64,000 bases of DNA from Monocercomonoides exilis PA203 (Eukaryota > Protista > Preaxostyla): NCBI GenBank assembly GCA_001643675.2, contig LSRY02000003.1, positions 1,054,001 to 1,118,000 on the forward strand, written 5' to 3'. Of this stretch, positions 59,501-64,000 are shown piece by piece. Both the position numbers and the translations under genes were made by a program. The number at the start of each line of letters is the position of its first letter. The stretch's first letter is position 1. The notes beneath the pieces were generated by a model. It ran no database searches. It saw only the letters and a list, made by a program, of their open reading frames with translations, and had not been told where the DNA came from.

Positions 59501-62500
59501 ACGAGAAGGAGATAAAGAATGAGGAGAAGAGAAGGAGGAAGATAAAGGTGTTATTGATGTGGATAGAGAAGAAGCAATCAGTTGTTCAGGTGAAAGAGAA
59601 GAAGGAGAAGAAATAGAAGAAGAGGAGGAGGGGGAGGAAGAAGAAGAGGAAGAAGAAGATGATGAAGAGGAAGAGAAGGAATAAGAGGAAGAGGAAGAAT
59701 GAGAGAAAGAAGACGATGAAGAAGGAGAAGAAGAAGACATAATATTAACATTTGGCATTTTATTTTCAGAATTATTCATCAAATGAATCGTTTTGATGAG
59801 TGAAGGCGGAGGAGATGGAGGAAGAGGAGCAGAAGAATGGAGAGGAGAAACGAAAGAGATCTGAAGAGAAGGAGGCGGAGAAGGAGAATGGCGGGGGTGA
59901 TGGGAACGAGATGGAGAAGAAGAAGAAGAGAAGGAAGAGGAGGGGGAGGAAGAAGGAGAAGAAGAAACGGAAGAAGAAGAAGAAGATGATGATGATGATG
60001 ATGATGAAGATAAAGGTGACTGTGAACGTTGATGAAGAGTTGAATGAGAGGGAGAGAGAGAAGAAGAGGAAGAAGAAGAAAAAGAGGAAGAGGAGGAAGA
60101 TGAAGAAGAATTCGAAGGGAAAAAAGGAGAAGGGCAATCATTTGATTGATGGAAGATAGCATTTCCGCTGAAAGGCGAATGAGAAGAGAATGAATGAGAA
60201 GAAGTATCAGAGGGGGACAAAGGAGAAGAGCCATGGGGCGATATAAGAACGATTTGTGGGTTTCCATCCAGAGAAGAAGGAAGAAAAGGGGAAGGGAGAA
60301 GGCTGTTGTTATTTTTATTAGTATTATTGTTATTGTGGTTGGAGGCATCAGAAATGTTATTGGAGTTGGAAGGAAATGCTGATGTTTCTTTCTCTTTCTC
60401 TTCTTGTTCTTCTGCTTTCTTCTTTTCTCCTTCTCTTTCTCTTTCTTCCTCTTCTTCTCTCTTCTTCTTTTCCCTCTCCTTCTCTCTCTCCTTCTCTCTC
60501 TCCTTCTCCTCTTTCTCCCACTCCCTCGCCTTCTCCACCTCCTCCTTCGTCCTCTCCCTCTCCCCCCAGCTCAAAGAAGTCACCGAAAATCCGCTCGTCG
60601 CCTTCATTCTCAGCAAGCACTCGCCATTCCGGACAGAAACAACCACAATTTCTCCTCTTTGCGAGCCGGCCGCAACAATATTCCCCCCGTTGGCGGGGCA
60701 GAGGGCGGTGACAGGGGCAAATGCGGAAAATACACGGGGAAGTTGGGCTGTGTGGAGAAGGGGGTGAAGAAAAGGGAGAGAGAGAGAAGGGGAAGGGGAA
60801 GAAGAAGAAGAAGAAGAAGTGGAAGAAGAAGGGGAAGAAGATAGAGAAGAAGGAGAAGAGGAAAGAAGAGGGAAAGGTACATTGGCAGAGATGAAAGGAG
60901 AGAGAGAAGAATTGAAGGAAGGAGAATGAGAAGAGGAAGGGTTGGATGGGCTGAGGGAGTCTTCGAGTGTGGCTGGGATGATGCTCTGCAAAAGGAAAGG
61001 AAGGAGAGGGGAAAGAGGAGAAGAGAAGAGAAGAGAAGAGAAGAGAAGAGAAGAGAAGAGAAATGGAAAAGATATTGAATAAAAGAAAATATCATTTGAA
61101 AAAAAAAATAATGCATTTAAATAGATAGAAAAAGTAATAATAATAACAATAAATGAAAAACGATAACAATTGAAAATAAAAAATAAAATATTTCTCTTTC
61201 TCTCTCTCTCTTTATCCATCTATCTTTTTTATTCTTTCTTTCTCTCTCTCTCTCTCTCTCTCATTCTCTCCTTCTCCTCATCCTTCCAATTCTCACATCC
61301 ATTTCCCCAATCCCCTCTCTTTCTCTCCCTCTCCATCTCTTTCTCTCACTCACTCACGCACACATTCCAATCTGGCACCTCCACCTGTGGTATCACATCC
61401 TCTGGCCCAGGTGGAGTCAGCAGCACATCCAACATGAAATCTTCATCAAACTTGATGTGTTTTGGCTTAGCTCCATCCAATTCCTTCGGGGCAAGCGAAA
61501 TAAGAGTGTTTGGTTGATGCATCCCGGTGTGGAAGGAGAAACGGAACATGATTTTCTCTTTCTTTTTCATGTATGGTGGATAAGAGGAAGAAGAGGAGGA
61601 AGAAGAAGAAGAAGAAGATGATGATGATAATGATTGAGAAGAAGATGAATTTGAAGAGCCAGATGATGCATAAGATGTCTCTCTTGTTTGGGAATGATGC
61701 ACATTCGAATAAGACGATGCCTGCATGCTATGCTCATCATAACTCGCAATTCCATCATTGACTCCTTTCTCCCTTCTCCCTTCTTCTTCCTCTGATGCCT
61801 CTGAATCTTCCTCCTCATCTCCCCATTTGTCCCATTTACCTCTCCCATGCTTCTTCTTCTCTTCCTCCTCCTCCTGTTTCTCAACCGTCTCTGCCCCCAT
61901 CTTCCTTCTCTGTGACGCTGTTCTTGCATGCCCCAGATGGTAGAACACGACCAGCACATCGCCATTCACCACCACATTCACCCGGAACTTCACTGCCTCT
62001 TCTTCGCTCCGCACAAAACGGGGCGGCGAGGGAAAGGGGCGGCAGGTCTGGCGGTCGATGCGGGAGTCGAAGATCTGCCGATGCTGCTGGAAGATCTTGA
62101 AGTACGGACACATCCCACGGTCTTTGTCGCACTTGGGCACGGAGCGGAAGAGGATCGTGGAGATCTGAGGGGAGTGGAAGAGGGAAAGAGGGAAAGTGAA
62201 AGAAAGAAAGAAAGAAATTAATAAAATAGATTGAGAGAGATAGAGAAAGAGAAAAAAAAATCAAAGAAATGAAAGAAGAAAAGCGGAATGAATTTGAGAT
62301 TATAAAATAATGATAATTGAAAAGCGAAAGACATGAAGTGTATTCAATAGAACTACTTTCATTTAGATAAAAACAGAATAAAACATCACTCTCTTTCTAT
62401 CTATTTATCTATCTATCTTTCTATCTCACTATCTTTCGCCGGTGGAAAAATTCTTCTCAAAAATTTCAAACTTTAAGAGGTTGAGTCGATGGATAAATCT

Positions 62501-63236
62501 CTTTGCTTATGATCCTCCAAAAATAATCCACATATCTTCTCTGAGAAGGGATTGCAACACCACCAGTAATTCGATGAGCTCTTCGAATTGCAAAGAAGTT
62601 CATGGCCGCTTCAGGCGAATTGAAAAATCCCATTGACAACAAATAGCAGCATATAATAAGCCCTGTTCGACCTTTTCCAGCCTGTAACACAAATATAAAA
62701 ATAAAACATCAAGAAACGGAAAAAAAATTCATTTTCAAACTTTGCAGTGAACGGCAACAACATTTCTTTGGTCTGAACGAAGATAATCTTTCATCCACTG
62801 AATTACGGGGAAAACCTTATGTAATTCTGGTGCGTGATGATCAGGAAATCCAAAATCTTTAACGGAATTGTGAAACTTCGAATAATCATATTTCAATTGT
62901 GAAAGGTTTAAAACGGTATAATGACCAAAATGTCGCTCATCCAGAAAAGAAGACACTTGCGCTAAACTATTTCGATACATGCTTTCAACTCCTTCTGCAG
63001 GAAGGCCCATTGCTATTAAAAACAAGAAACAATATTCCCACGGAAAAAGAAGCATTCATGCAAATAATAATTTATCAAAAAATTGTTCCATCCAAATTAG
63101 TGAAAAAGATTATTTTCGCTAAATGCAAACCAATAACATTTGAGGTGATATATGTAAGATCAAGATTGTATTTCTTATCTATCAAACGGACACGATCGCC
63201 CGATACTTTTGTTCGAATAAAGTTAATGACTGACAT
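48812..63236 (-). CDS. PTEN: PTEN-family lipid phosphatase (phosphatase + C2) predicted to be fused to a ~4050-aa Ser/Glu low-complexity region containing WD40 blades; 5 exons (63236-63131, 63012-62741, 62681-62472, 62164-61364, 60985-48812), ~4520 aa
   Basis: MSVINFIRTKVSGDRVR..LDLTYITSNVI|AMGLPAEGVESMYRN..FPDHHAP..VAVHCK|AGKGRTG..GVAIPSQRRYVDY, and C2 motifs GDVLVVFYH / MFRFSFHTG / LAPKELDGA. Exon 4 ends in phase 0 (..PDWN|gt) and exon 5 starts in phase 0 (cag|SIIPATL). The PTEN identity is firm; the fusion is inferred. Confidence 0.8.
50380..60960. repeat. Coding trinucleotide low-complexity tracts (GAA/GAG/TCT/TCC) giving alternating polypurine and polypyrimidine blocks
   Basis: Kilobase-scale imperfect (GAA)n/(GAG)n and (TCT)n/(TCC)n runs encoding poly-Ser and poly-Glu/Lys/Arg. 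Confidence 0.9.
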
Positions 63237-64000
63237 TTTTCTTATGATGAAGCGAAATAGCTAAGTGCATATAACCAAAGATAGTAAATAAAAAATTGTT
63301 TTAAAAAAATTGATGATCTTGGGCTATCAAATAATGGTTAATATTATTGAATCATTAGATATTTAACCATAACTATGAACTGTTTCGTAAAAAATTATAA
63401 ATTCTGGATACAAACAAGTTTTTTCAAATAGTTCAACTTGTTAGACGAAACATCTATGTTGTTCCTGTAATTACTCATTCTTTCGATAAATATAGTTTTT
63501 TTACTGATAAACCATGAAAAACCCGTAACAAGTCTGTCTTTCTCGTAATAACCCTGTCTTTTTTGGTATTCATTTAAATGAAATTGTTGTGGGATAATGA
63601 AAAAAACTTTCAAATCCATCAGTCAGCGAATGAATTTCTATATTTGATTGATTTCATTTGTATATTATGTTGTGAACATTCATTCTCGATGAAAAAATGA
63701 CATAATTTTCGTTTATCAATAGAAAAATTGGTCGAATATTGGAAATATTTTCCATTGTTTTTTGCAAATGTGTGAATGTTTTTTTTGTTGTTTTTTTGAA
63801 ATTCAAAAAATCTCCAGAAACATCATTATATCTCAATGCAACAATAGTTTCCATAAAAGGAAATACTCTTTGACAGATATCATGAGTTATTCTCGTAACA
63901 AATGCTTCTTATCCGTTATAACTGCGACTTATTAGTAATAAGTTCATTATTCAGAAAAGAATCATACTCTTTGTAAAATATCTATAATTGAGTATGATTG

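Noticed and set aside
60986-61219. Predicted N-terminus of the 4135-aa ORF (MDKERERKRNILFF..), resembling a signal or TM segment
   Set aside because: It is AT-rich and microsatellite sequence ending in a polypyrimidine-CAG acceptor, so it is most likely intron.
49000-61500. Many + strand and alternate-frame ORFs (poly-E/K/F/L)
   Set aside because: These are shadows of the stop-poor trinucleotide repeats in the real minus-strand gene.

Overview
AT-rich eukaryotic protist DNA with short spliceosomal introns and the standard genetic code. The gene families (beta-helix-like surface proteins, a pseudokinase-tailed receptor, an expanded helical 'NELHFAREA' family, extreme poly-Ser/poly-Glu proteins) most resemble an oxymonad such as Monocercomonoides; this is inferred, not checked. 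Contents, left to right: a decayed gene fragment; a 3'-truncated IS630/Tc1-mariner transposase with one TIR; a pseudogene of the expanded family; two single-pass surface proteins; tRNA-Pro(AGG); a ~2300-aa TmcB/C-like polytopic membrane protein ending in a hemerythrin domain; a ~7-kb gene-free stretch of MITE-like elements, ending in an apparently perfect 333-bp-arm TA-flanked foldback 4 bp upstream of tRNA-Thr(CGT); Fes1/HspBP1 with an inserted MYND finger; SKP1-like; FAD synthetase; a hypothetical gene; an intact member of the expanded family; a ~2550-aa receptor-like pseudokinase; and a PTEN phosphatase predicted to splice in frame into a 4000-aa low-complexity exon carrying dispersed WD40 blades. 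Best candidates for novelty are the membrane hemerythrin (O2/Fe sensor), the tRNA-abutting foldback transposon and the PTEN-WD40 giant.
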